DNA of 64,000 nt from an uncultured Oscillospiraceae bacterium. GTDB lineage: Bacteria > Bacillota > Clostridia > Oscillospirales > Oscillospiraceae. Shown here in pieces: positions 18,725 to 26,861 of the stretch (position 1 is its first letter; each line of letters begins with the position of its first letter). The stretch spans positions 16,385-80,384 of the forward strand of contig CALWXA010000082.1 of NCBI GenBank assembly GCA_944385395.1, read 5' to 3'. Both the position numbers and the translations under genes were made by a program. The notes beneath the pieces were generated by a model. It had not been told where the DNA came from. It made no database searches and was given only the letters and a program-made list of their open reading frames with translations.

Positions 18725-20023
18725 ATGTATACCTATGAAGAACTGTACCGGTCCGTGGCGGCGGGGGAGCAGGACGACGCTCTGGCCCGGCTCTACGCCC
18801 TGGACGGGAAGAAAGAGAGTCTGGACGCAGGGCGCAACCGGGCCCTTGCGGTGATGGAGGGCTTTGCCGCCTCCTTCGGCACGGCCCATCCGGCGGTGGC
18901 GCTGGTCAGCGGCCCGGGCCGGACGGAGATCGGCGGCAACCACACGGACCACCAGCACGGCCGGGTGCTGTGCGGCAGCGTGGATCTGGATATGCTGGCC
19001 TGCGCCGGACCCAACGGCACGGACACCATCCGGGTGATCTCCCAGGGTTATCCGGCCCTGGAAGTGAAGCTGGAGGACCTTTCCTGCCGGGAAGACGAGC
19101 GCAGCACCTCCGCAGCTCTGGTGCGGGGCGTGGCTGCCCGGATCCGGGAGCTGGGATATCCGCTGGTGGGCTTTGACGCCTATGTGACCTCCAGCGTGCT
19201 GTCCGGTTCCGGCCTTTCCTCCTCGGCAGCCTACGAGGTGCTGATGGGGAACATCATGAACCATTTCGCCTGCGGCGGCGCTCTGGACGCCGTGACCCTG
19301 GCCAAGATCGGCCAGTACGCCGAAAACGTCTACTTCGGCAAGCCCTGCGGCCTCATGGATCAGATGGGCTCGGCGGTAGGCGGCGCCGTGGCCATCGACT
19401 TTGCCGATCCCGCTGCGCCGGTGGTGGAGCAGGTTTCCTATGATTTCGGTACATCCGGCCATGTATTGTGCATTGTGGACACCGGTTCGTGCCATGCCGA
19501 TCTCACCGACGACTACGCCGACATCACCCGGGAGATGGGGGCTGTGGCGGCGTATTTCGGATGCAGCTATCTCCGGGAGGTGGAGGAGGCCGCTTTCCGC
19601 CGGGCCATTCCGGAGCTGCGGAAGACTTGCGGCGACCGGGCGGTGCTCCGGGCCATGCACTTTTTTGCCGATGACGCCAAGGCGGCGGCGGAGAAGGATG
19701 CCCTGAAGGCCGGGGACTTCGCTGAATTTTTGAAGCTGGTGCGCGCCTCGGGGCTTTCCTCGGCGCTGCATCTGCAGAACACCTGGTCTCCGGCAAACCC
19801 GGCACAGCAGGCCATTCCCCTGGCTCTGGCGGTGGGTGAGGAACTGCTGGAAGGCACCGGGGCCATCCGGGTACACGGCGGCGGCTTTGCCGGTACCATC
19901 CAGGCCTTTGTGCCCCAGGAAAAGCTGGAAACATTCAAAAACGGTATGGAGGCCCTGCTGGGTCAAGGCGCCTGCTATGTGCTGCACATCCGCCCTGTGG
20001 GCGGCTGCGTGGTGGCAGGCTGA
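18725..20023 (+). CDS. galK: Galactokinase
   Basis: GHMP-kinase motif GSGLSSSAA and galactokinase-type EIGGNHTDHQHG. ATG 18725 has RBS AAGGAAAGAAGGGGA. Confidence 0.9.
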   Translation: MYTYEELYRSVAAGEQDDALARLYALDGKKESLDAGRNRALAVMEGFAASFGTAHPAVALVSGPGRTEIGGNHTDHQHGRVLCGSVDLDMLACAGPNGTDTIRVISQGYPALEVKLEDLSCREDERSTSAALVRGVAARIRELGYPLVGFDAYVTSSVLSGSGLSSSAAYEVLMGNIMNHFACGGALDAVTLAKIGQYAENVYFGKPCGLMDQMGSAVGGAVAIDFADPAAPVVEQVSYDFGTSGHVLCIVDTGSCHADLTDDYADITREMGAVAAYFGCSYLREVEEAAFRRAIPELRKTCGDRAVLRAMHFFADDAKAAAEKDALKAGDFAEFLKLVRASGLSSALHLQNTWSPANPAQQAIPLALAVGEELLEGTGAIRVHGGGFAGTIQAFVPQEKLETFKNGMEALLGQGACYVLHIRPVGGCVVAG

Positions 20024-20046
20024 GAAAGATAAGGGAGGAATTATAG

Positions 20047-21036
20047 ATGGCAATTCTGGTATTGGGCGGCGCCGGGTATATCGGCTCCCACACGGTGTAT
20101 GAACTCATTGAAGCAGGCCGGGACGTAGTGGTGGTGGATAATCTCCTCACCGGATTCCGTGAGGCCGTGCATCCCAAGGCACGGTTCTATCAGGCGGACA
20201 TCCGCAAGCGGGAGGAGATGGACCGGATCTTCGAGACCGAGCACATTGACGGTGTCATCCATTTCGCCGCCTTCTCCCAGGTGGGTGAGTCCATGACCAA
20301 TCCCCTGAAGTACTACGACAATAACATGGGCGGCACCACGGTGCTGCTGCAGTCCATGGTGGCCCACGGCGTGGACAAGATCGTCTTTTCCTCCACCGCC
20401 GCCACCTACGGCGAGCCTGAGCGGATTCCCATTCTGGAGAGCGACGCTACCCGGCCCACCAACTGCTACGGCGAGACCAAGCTGGCCATGGAGCAGATGA
20501 TGAAGTGGACCGGCGTGGCACACGCCATGCGCTATGTGGCTCTGCGTTATTTCAATGCCTGCGGTGCCCACGCCTCCGGCAAGATCGGTGAGGCCCATGA
20601 TCCCGAGACCCACCTGATCCCCCTGATCCTCCAGGTGCCCAACGGACGCCGGGATCACATCTCCGTGTTCGGCAACGACTATCCCACCAAGGACGGCACC
20701 TGCGTCCGGGACTACATCCATGTCTCCGACCTGGCCCAGGCCCACATCCTGGCGCTGGACTATCTTATGAACGGCGGCGAAAGCGACGTGTTCAACCTGG
20801 GCAACGGCGTGGGCTTCACCGTCAATGAGGTCATCGACGTGGCCCGGAAGGTGACGGGTCATCCCATTCCCGCCGAAGTCTGCCCCCGCCGGGCCGGCGA
20901 CCCCGCTCAGCTGGTGGCTTCTTCCGAAAAGGCCAAGAAGGTGCTGGGCTGGAAGCCTAAGTACGACGATCTGGAGACCATCGTGGCCTCTGCCTGGGCC
21001 TGGCACCGCAGCCATCCCAACGGCTTTGCAGACTGA
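20047..21036 (+). CDS. galE: UDP-glucose 4-epimerase
   Basis: GGAGYIGSH Rossmann motif and YGETK catalytic motif. Confidence 0.95.
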   Translation: MAILVLGGAGYIGSHTVYELIEAGRDVVVVDNLLTGFREAVHPKARFYQADIRKREEMDRIFETEHIDGVIHFAAFSQVGESMTNPLKYYDNNMGGTTVLLQSMVAHGVDKIVFSSTAATYGEPERIPILESDATRPTNCYGETKLAMEQMMKWTGVAHAMRYVALRYFNACGAHASGKIGEAHDPETHLIPLILQVPNGRRDHISVFGNDYPTKDGTCVRDYIHVSDLAQAHILALDYLMNGGESDVFNLGNGVGFTVNEVIDVARKVTGHPIPAEVCPRRAGDPAQLVASSEKAKKVLGWKPKYDDLETIVASAWAWHRSHPNGFAD

Positions 21037-21048
21037 GGAGGGGCGCAT

Positions 21049-22539
21049 ATGGTCAATGCTGCCATTTCCCAGCTGGTGCAGTACGCCCTGCGGACGGGAC
21101 TCATCGAAGAGAGCGAGACCGTCTGGGCCGTCAACACCATCCTGGACGCCCTGAAGCTGGACAGCTACACCGATCCCGGGCAGCAGTGGGGGGAGATCTC
21201 CCTGCCCCAGGTGCTGGACACCCTGCTGGATGACGCCTATGCCCGGGGCGTGCTGCCGGAAAATTCCGTGGTATACCGGGACTTGCTGGACACCGAGCTC
21301 ATGGGGCGGCTGACCCCCCGGCCGGCCCAGGTGCGTCAGAAATTTGAGGCGCTGCGGCAGGAGAGCCCGGAAAAGGCCACCGACTGGTACTACCGGTTCA
21401 GCCAGGACACCAACTACATCCGCCGGGACCGCATCGCCAAGGATATGCAGTGGAAAGCCCAGACCCCCTATGGAGAGCTGGACATCACCATCAACCTGTC
21501 CAAGCCGGAGAAGGACCCCAAGGCCATTGCCGCTGCCCGGAACCTGCCGGCCTCCAACTATCCCCGGTGCCAGCTGTGCGCCGAGAATGAGGGATATGCC
21601 GGACGGGTGAATCATCCGGCACGGCAGAACCATCGGGTGGTGCCCATCACCATCAACGGCTCCCCCTGGTTTTTGCAGTACTCCCCCTATGTGTACTACA
21701 ACGAGCACTGCATCTGCTTCAACCGGGAGCATACGCCCATGAGGATCGATCGGGCATGCTTTGAAAAGCTGCTGGATTTTGTGGGCCAGTTCCCCCACTA
21801 CTTTGTGGGCTCCAATGCCGACCTCCCCATTGTGGGCGGGTCCATCCTGGCCCATGACCATTTCCAGGGCGGACGCTACACTTTCGCCATGGAGCGTGCG
21901 CCGGTGGAGCAGCCCTTCGAATTCCCGGGCTTCCCGGAGGTGCGGGGCGGCATCGTCCGCTGGCCCATGTCCGTGGTGCGCCTGACGGCGGCACGGCCGG
22001 AGCCCCTGGTGGAGCTGGCGGATCGGATCCTCCGCAGCTGGCGGAGCTACACCGATGAGGCGGCGGTGATCTATGCCGAGACCAACGGCGAGCCTCACAA
22101 CACCATCACCCCCAGCGCCCGGCGGCGGGGAGAGGACTACGAGCTGGATCTGGTGCTGCGCAACAACCTCACCACGGCGGAGCATCCTCTGGGGCTGTAT
22201 CATCCCCACGCACAGCTCCATCACATCAAGAAGGAGAACATCGGTCTCATTGAGGTGATGGGTCTTGCGGTGCTGCCGGCACGGCTGAAAGAGGAGCTGG
22301 CAGCAGTGGCGGAAGCGCTGGTGTCCGGCGCCGATCTCCGTGCCGATCCCCGGACGGCCAAGCACGCCGACTGGGCGGAGGAATTCCGGGAGAAGTACAC
22401 CATCACCCGGGACAACGCCCTGGACATCGTGGAGAAGGAGACGGGGCTGGTGTTCGCCCAGGTGCTGGAGGACGCCGGTGTCTATGCCCGGACGCCGGAG
22501 GGCCAGCAGGCCTTCCTGCGGTTTTTGCAGCAGGTGTAA
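21049..22539 (+). CDS. galT: Galactose-1-phosphate uridylyltransferase (long Firmicute type)
   Basis: 496 aa of the type-2 GalT family, with the HDHFQGG active-site block. Confidence 0.9.
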   Translation: MVNAAISQLVQYALRTGLIEESETVWAVNTILDALKLDSYTDPGQQWGEISLPQVLDTLLDDAYARGVLPENSVVYRDLLDTELMGRLTPRPAQVRQKFEALRQESPEKATDWYYRFSQDTNYIRRDRIAKDMQWKAQTPYGELDITINLSKPEKDPKAIAAARNLPASNYPRCQLCAENEGYAGRVNHPARQNHRVVPITINGSPWFLQYSPYVYYNEHCICFNREHTPMRIDRACFEKLLDFVGQFPHYFVGSNADLPIVGGSILAHDHFQGGRYTFAMERAPVEQPFEFPGFPEVRGGIVRWPMSVVRLTAARPEPLVELADRILRSWRSYTDEAAVIYAETNGEPHNTITPSARRRGEDYELDLVLRNNLTTAEHPLGLYHPHAQLHHIKKENIGLIEVMGLAVLPARLKEELAAVAEALVSGADLRADPRTAKHADWAEEFREKYTITRDNALDIVEKETGLVFAQVLEDAGVYARTPEGQQAFLRFLQQV

Positions 22540-22551
22540 GAAAAAGAAAAC

Positions 22552-22579
22552 AGCCCGCCGCATGGCCATGCGGCGGGCT
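22552..22579 (+). terminator. Terminator hairpin after galT
   Basis: 28-nt perfect palindrome AGCCCGCCGCATGG/CCATGCGGCGGGCT, followed by ATTTGC (weak T tract). Confidence 0.65.
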
Positions 22580-22637
22580 ATTTGCATAAACGGGATTGGT
22601 GAAAAATACGATAAAAGCGTGATAGAACGAATATGTA

Positions 22638-22666
22638 TTGCAAAACATACGTGCATACGTTATAAT
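22638..22666 (+). promoter_or_regulatory. Near-consensus sigma-A promoter for the small membrane ORF
   Basis: TTGCAA, 17 nt, TATAAT. The spacer carries the direct repeat CATACGT-g-CATACGT. Confidence 0.6.
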
Positions 22667-22721
22667 GGTATACACAAGACGGGGGGATAATCGGAAAGCG
22701 ATTCTGTATGGAGGGTGAACG

Positions 22722-22886
22722 ATGAGAACGGCAATCATGATTGTGACGTTGTTTCTGATACCGTTTCTTCTGGCGGGAATGATGAAGAGCATCAAGGACC
22801 TGGATAAGGAGGGAGGATTCGGGCCGTTGCCCTACTGCATCGCCATGGGCATCGTGCTGAATTTGCTGTGGTTTGCCACATTTTGA
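22722..22886 (+). CDS. Unannotated 54-aa two-helix membrane protein (below the ORF-track size cutoff)
   Basis: ATG 22722 preceded by GGAGGGTGAACG. Translation MRTAIMIVTLFLIPFLLAGMMKSIKDLDKEGGFGPLPYCIAMGIVLNLLWFATF*. Own promoter (22638-22666) and terminator (22932-22972). Confidence 0.5.
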   Translation: MRTAIMIVTLFLIPFLLAGMMKSIKDLDKEGGFGPLPYCIAMGIVLNLLWFATF

Positions 22887-22931
22887 GAATGAGCGTTGCT
22901 GCGTATGGCGGCAGGGGTCAAAAGAGATAAC

Positions 22932-22972
22932 AAAGCCACCGGGACATCCGAAAGGATGCCCCGGTGGCTTTT
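22932..22972. terminator. Bidirectional terminator hairpin (twin of 24287-24330)
   Basis: AAAGCCACCGGGACATCC gaaa GGATGCCCCGGTGGCTTT, an 18-bp stem with one A-C mismatch. T-rich on both sides. Confidence 0.7.
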
Positions 22973-23016
22973 CTGATGAGGGAGCAGAAATGGGCAAGGG
23001 TTCAAGCAGAAGGTTT

Positions 23017-24072
23017 TCAGGAGGAGGCCACAGTGAGTCGATAAAAGACAGGTTCTTGTTCTATGGTGAAGTGGGCCAGGTAGGTATCTGAGCCGGTGGG
23101 ATAAAAGACCACAGGCCAATTCTGGTACGACTTTTCCTCCGGGGCAGGAAGCTGGGATACCGCTCCGGTAGCGCTGTCAAAGGCCAGGATGCGGAAGTCA
23201 TTATCCACCGCCAGAAGGGTATGGCCGGAGCCTGCCCCACGCCACAGAGGCTGGGAGAGGGGGAAGGTCTCCAGGGCCCCGGTATCCAGTGCCATCACCT
23301 GGGCTGTGTATACCTGGTTTTCCGGGTTCTCCCGGGTCAGGCAGATGGCGTGGGTATCGTTGATGGCCAGGTGGGCAAAATCTCCCTCCAGCGGCAGTTT
23401 CCAGCGGAAGCCGCCGGCATCTCCCACATACAAAGCGGTGACGCCGTCACTGCCGGCAGCCACAAAGCAATACTGGGAACCGTTGCAGCAGACCTGCTCC
23501 AGGCTGCGTATCGTGCCTGTCTGCTGCCAGATGGGGGCGGGTGCACCGTTTTTCACGGCATTGACCCCAAAGCAGCCGTCGGATTGCCACAGATACACAG
23601 GCGATCCGTTCAGGAGGAACAGAGCAGGCACCTGGTCATAGGAGGAGGCAGTGCCGGTGGATACCAGCTGCCGGAGGTCACCCTGCTGCAGCGTCAGTGT
23701 CCAGTCGCATGTGCCCTGGGCATTTACGGCATAGTCCACGTACAGCACCCCGTCCTGCCAGGGCAGGGCGGAGATGATATAGGCATCCGTATCCACGGGA
23801 ATGTACTGGGGCTCCCCTTGCCCGTAAAGGCAGAGGTATGCGGTGTCGTACAGCGGGCCGGTGGTGGCGTCATTGCGGCACCCAACGGCCAGGATGGTTC
23901 GCCTTTCGTCGGCATAACAGCACAGCATAGAGGTATCATCGCCATCCAGCATCGGCAGCGGAAACTCCACAGGCTGATACTGAGGCGACAACTGGGGGCT
24001 GTCCGGTTTGGAACTGCAGCCGCACAACAGCAACAGCAGCAAGGCGGTCAGCAGCAGGGATATGCGTTTCAT
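23017..24072 (-). CDS. Cys-rich lipoprotein of unknown function (beta-rich, possibly propeller-like)
   Basis: MKRISLLLTALLLLLLCGCSS signal and lipobox. RBS AAAGGAG before ATG 24072. 17 Cys in total (15 after the lipid-modified Cys). No motif I recognise. Confidence 0.75.
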   Translation of the reverse strand: MKRISLLLTALLLLLLCGCSSKPDSPQLSPQYQPVEFPLPMLDGDDTSMLCCYADERRTILAVGCRNDATTGPLYDTAYLCLYGQGEPQYIPVDTDAYIISALPWQDGVLYVDYAVNAQGTCDWTLTLQQGDLRQLVSTGTASSYDQVPALFLLNGSPVYLWQSDGCFGVNAVKNGAPAPIWQQTGTIRSLEQVCCNGSQYCFVAAGSDGVTALYVGDAGGFRWKLPLEGDFAHLAINDTHAICLTRENPENQVYTAQVMALDTGALETFPLSQPLWRGAGSGHTLLAVDNDFRILAFDSATGAVSQLPAPEEKSYQNWPVVFYPTGSDTYLAHFTIEQEPVFYRLTVASS

Positions 24073-24208
24073 GGTAAAACTCCTTTCCTGCATGGGCATC
24101 CGGCGGGAGATGAGCAGCTCTCGTTGTGGTTCTTTATATAACAAATAAGTGACAAAAAGAAACTAAAAGTATCAAAATAAGGAAAATGCGAATGATATTT
24201 ACAATTTG

Positions 24209-24237
24209 ATTATTTCACAGGCAGAAATGATTGTCAA
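24209..24237 (-). promoter_or_regulatory. Putative promoter of the lipoprotein gene
   Basis: On the minus strand: TTGACA (24237-24232), 17 nt, AATAAT (24214-24209), inside an AT-rich spacer. Confidence 0.5.
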
Positions 24238-24286
24238 GGTACAATAGATGAAATTTCGGTTACAAAATACTTGCCGGAGAAAGGCA

Positions 24287-24330
24287 AAAGAGCCTCCGGG
24301 ACATCCTTTCGGATGCCCCGGAGGCTCTTT
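24287..24330 (-). terminator. Terminator hairpin downstream of the gene remnant (twin of 22932-22972)
   Basis: AAAGAGCCTCCGGGACATCC tttc GGATGCCCCGGAGGCTCTTT, a 20-bp stem with one mismatch. The loop reads GAAA on the minus strand. Confidence 0.6.
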
Positions 24331-24403
24331 CGATTTGAGGATGGGATATACATGATCCGGTGGGAAGATCCCGCTTCTAAGATGCTGGTGGGGGAAGGTT
24401 CAC

Positions 24404-24612
24404 TTACGACTCAGCGTGGCGGATGAAGTCCTCCAGCTCCTCACCGCAGGTGAGATCCGTTATCTGGGCCACCACGTCCCACCAGTGGGCGAAGGCGTCG
24501 TCGCTGTTGGCGTAGAAGCACAAGGCGTCGCCGGTGGTCCAGTCCAGAACGGACAGGGACTGGAAGCCGGTGTTGTCGCCCCAGTGCCACAGAAGCCCCG
24601 GCTCGCTGTGTG
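24404..24612 (-). pseudogene. Start-less C-terminal remnant of a serine-hydrolase/beta-lactamase-family gene
   Basis: Minus-strand frame ending at TAA (24406-24404) reads ...EPGLLWHWGDNTGFQSLSVLDWTTGDALCFYANSDDAFAHWWDVVAQITDLTCGEELEDFIRHAES*. No ATG in frame; the only in-frame alternative starts (TTG at 24523, GTG at 24472/24475) would give 40 codons or fewer. The frame runs straight into the upstream terminator. Confidence 0.5.
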
Positions 24613-24628
24613 CAGAAACAGGAGAGAT

Positions 24629-24666
24629 AAGAAAAACACCACCGCAGGTGCGGCAGTGTTTTTCTT
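24629..24666. terminator. Bidirectional terminator ending the ABC operon
   Basis: AAGAAAAACAC...GTGTTTTTCTT outer stem with an inner CCGCA/TGCGG stem. U-rich 3' arm in both orientations. Confidence 0.7.
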
Positions 24667-24734
24667 GCGTGATCGGGTGCTGATGGAGGAAGAGAAAAGG
24701 CGGGAACTTCTGCTGCGGATCAGCAGGGGGCTTA

Positions 24735-25403
24735 TCAGGCGGCGGGGTATGCCTGCAGCATGGCTGCCTTCAACTGCAGCCAGGACTGGAGACCCGTTTC
24801 CGAGTCGGTAAAAAACTCATTGCCGCTGACTTGGGAATAGGGGACATAGGTGCTGCTATTCTCGGAAATGGGAACGATATGGTTGGGGATATCCTCATAG
24901 CAGAAAACGGGGATGATCACCGTTTCGTCGCACAGACGGTATACCGGTGTATCCTCGTAGAGAAGGCCGTTATAGGTCTGGGCAAAGACCAGATAATCGC
25001 TGCCGACTTTCAGCAAATTGACAAAGCCGCGCTCCAGTGTGGGAATGGCATTGTCGGTGTTGATGGCCCAGCGATAAGCCGTAAGATAAATCTCGTCCCC
25101 CGGGGCCAGGGTGTCCCCGGCAAAGACCTGCTGGACGGCCACACGCTGCTGGCCCAGTGAAAAGAGATGCTCTGTTTCGGACACGGGCGTCACCCGCAGG
25201 ATCACCGGGGCAGAGGGAAGCATTCCCTCCAGCTCCTGACAGGTCCGGACACAGATGGCCTCGGGGATCAAGCCCACGTGCAGCTGATCCGGATACCCTT
25301 CCCCTTGGGACACGTTGGTATAGCTGAAGCGGAAAATGGCCCCGAAAACGGCGGCGATCACAAATAAGCCGGCCATAATGGCGGCGAAGCGCTTCATTTT
25401 CAT
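24735..25403 (-). CDS. Membrane-anchored extracytoplasmic protein of unknown function, last gene of the ABC operon
   Basis: MKMKRFAAIMAGLFVIAAVFGAIF N-terminal TM helix, then about 195 aa with no recognisable motif. ATGA overlap with the ATPase gene. Confidence 0.75.
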   Translation of the reverse strand: MKMKRFAAIMAGLFVIAAVFGAIFRFSYTNVSQGEGYPDQLHVGLIPEAICVRTCQELEGMLPSAPVILRVTPVSETEHLFSLGQQRVAVQQVFAGDTLAPGDEIYLTAYRWAINTDNAIPTLERGFVNLLKVGSDYLVFAQTYNGLLYEDTPVYRLCDETVIIPVFCYEDIPNHIVPISENSSTYVPYSQVSGNEFFTDSETGLQSWLQLKAAMLQAYPAA

Positions 25404-26041
25404 GATACTTCCTCCTGGGATATGACCCCGCTTTCGATGCGGAACAGGTGGTCGGCCAGCAGGCGGATGTCCTCCTTATTGTGGCTGGCCAGAAGGATCA
25501 GAGCGCCCCGCTGCTTTTCTTCCAAAATCAGCTGCCGGATCAGCTGCACCCCGTCCTCATCCAGACCGTTGGTGGGTTCATCCAGCATGATGACATCCGG
25601 CTTTTCCATGATGGCCTGGGCAATAGCGAGGCGCTGCTTCATGCCCAGAGAATACTTGCGGTAGGTGCGTTTGTCCTCTGGTTCCAGCCCTACCCGCACC
25701 AGAGCCGTCCGGATGTCATCCGGGCCGATCAAACCCCGGAGTCGGGCCAGATACTGCAGGTTTTCCATGCCCGTCTGGTCGGGATAGAGCCCCACATTTT
25801 CCAGCACGATGCCCAGGCTGGGGAGAACGGACACGTCCTTGCGCAGTACCTGGCCGTCAATGCTGACGGAACCGGACGAGACGGCCATCAAGCCGGAAAG
25901 GGCACGGAACAGCATGGTTTTTCCGGAGCCGTTGCGGCCCACGAAGCCATAGACATTTCCACCTTCCAGCTGCAGGGAGATATCCTGCAGGATGGTTTTG
26001 CCACGGATCTTTTTGGTAATGTGATTGGCAGACAATAGCAC
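25400..26041 (-). CDS. ABC transporter ATP-binding protein (single NBD, ABC-2/LanF-like)
   Basis: Walker A GRNGSGKT, signature YSLGMKQRL, Walker B VIMLDEPTNGLD. GTG start with RBS GGAGGG, 1 nt after the upstream stop. Confidence 0.95.
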   Translation of the reverse strand: MLLSANHITKKIRGKTILQDISLQLEGGNVYGFVGRNGSGKTMLFRALSGLMAVSSGSVSIDGQVLRKDVSVLPSLGIVLENVGLYPDQTGMENLQYLARLRGLIGPDDIRTALVRVGLEPEDKRTYRKYSLGMKQRLAIAQAIMEKPDVIMLDEPTNGLDEDGVQLIRQLILEEKQRGALILLASHNKEDIRLLADHLFRIESGVISQEEVS

Positions 26042-26042
26042 G

Positions 26043-26861
26043 TTACTTCCCTCCGCTTTCCATATCAGACACGATCAAATCGTGCCGCCGGATGATCTGA
26101 GCGCCCACCGCCAACACAGCGGCACATAGTACAAGCAGCAGAACAACGGAATGTATGGGGTATAGCCCCCTGTACGGCGCAGCCAGCGCCGGAGCCAACA
26201 GCCGGGTTTGGCCCGTGTGCCAGCTGAGAATCAACCGGCAGATGGGGTTGAGGCACACCAGCAAAGACTGCGTGAGAGGGGCATCGTCCAGCAGCGGCAG
26301 CAGACTCAAGGGCGCCAGAAGGGCCAACTGACCGCCGGTCACCCAGGCGAAGGCGGCGCTGCTGCCCTGAAAAATGGCCAGCAGATTCACCAGCACCGCC
26401 GTCATAATGAGCCACAGGGTGTACAGCAGGGTGTGCAGGGCAAAGAGCAGGAAGCCCGCCGCATCCCACACCACCTGCCAGCGCAGCAGAGCCGTCACCA
26501 GGGCGGCAAGCATCAGCAGCAGCTGATAAGCCAGGGCCTGCAGGCCGATGACGGCCGTCTGTCCGGCGTACCAGCGGATGCGGTTGGGGATCCGGGAAAA
26601 GACATAGACGCTGGCGGTACAGTAATGCTGATACAGCCGGATGCCCACAAAGGCCTGAAACAAAAATGCAGGGACCAGGCGCAGGGTAAACTCCAGCAGA
26701 CCGCTCAAATAGGGGCTCAGCGGGAACTCACCTCTGGCGCCGCTCAACTGCAGCACCAGCTGCGAAAGGAGGATCTGCCCGCCGTAAGGGTTGATATAGA
26801 CCCAGGAGAGCCAGATGCCCAGCACCGCAGCTGCCAGCAGGAGCAACAGTGTCCGCTTCAT
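26043..26861 (-). CDS. ABC-2-type membrane protein (permease 2)
   Basis: Start MKRTLLLLLAAAVLGIW at 26861, with an ATGA overlap on permease 1. About 272 aa and about six hydrophobic helices. Confidence 0.8.
   Translation of the reverse strand: MKRTLLLLLAAAVLGIWLSWVYINPYGGQILLSQLVLQLSGARGEFPLSPYLSGLLEFTLRLVPAFLFQAFVGIRLYQHYCTASVYVFSRIPNRIRWYAGQTAVIGLQALAYQLLLMLAALVTALLRWQVVWDAAGFLLFALHTLLYTLWLIMTAVLVNLLAIFQGSSAAFAWVTGGQLALLAPLSLLPLLDDAPLTQSLLVCLNPICRLILSWHTGQTRLLAPALAAPYRGLYPIHSVVLLLVLCAAVLAVGAQIIRRHDLIVSDMESGGK

Noticed and set aside
22932-24330. The twin hairpins as integron attC-like or MITE ends.
   Set aside because: There are no R'/R'' (GTTRRRY) core sites, no target-site duplication and no integrase nearby. 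Both hairpins are well placed to act as ordinary terminators. I kept them only as a low-interest repeat observation.
24416-24811. A 131-aa plus-strand ORF lies across the remnant/terminator region.
   Set aside because: It is antisense to the better-supported hydrolase remnant, spans a terminator hairpin and the end of the 24735-25403 gene, and has no RBS.
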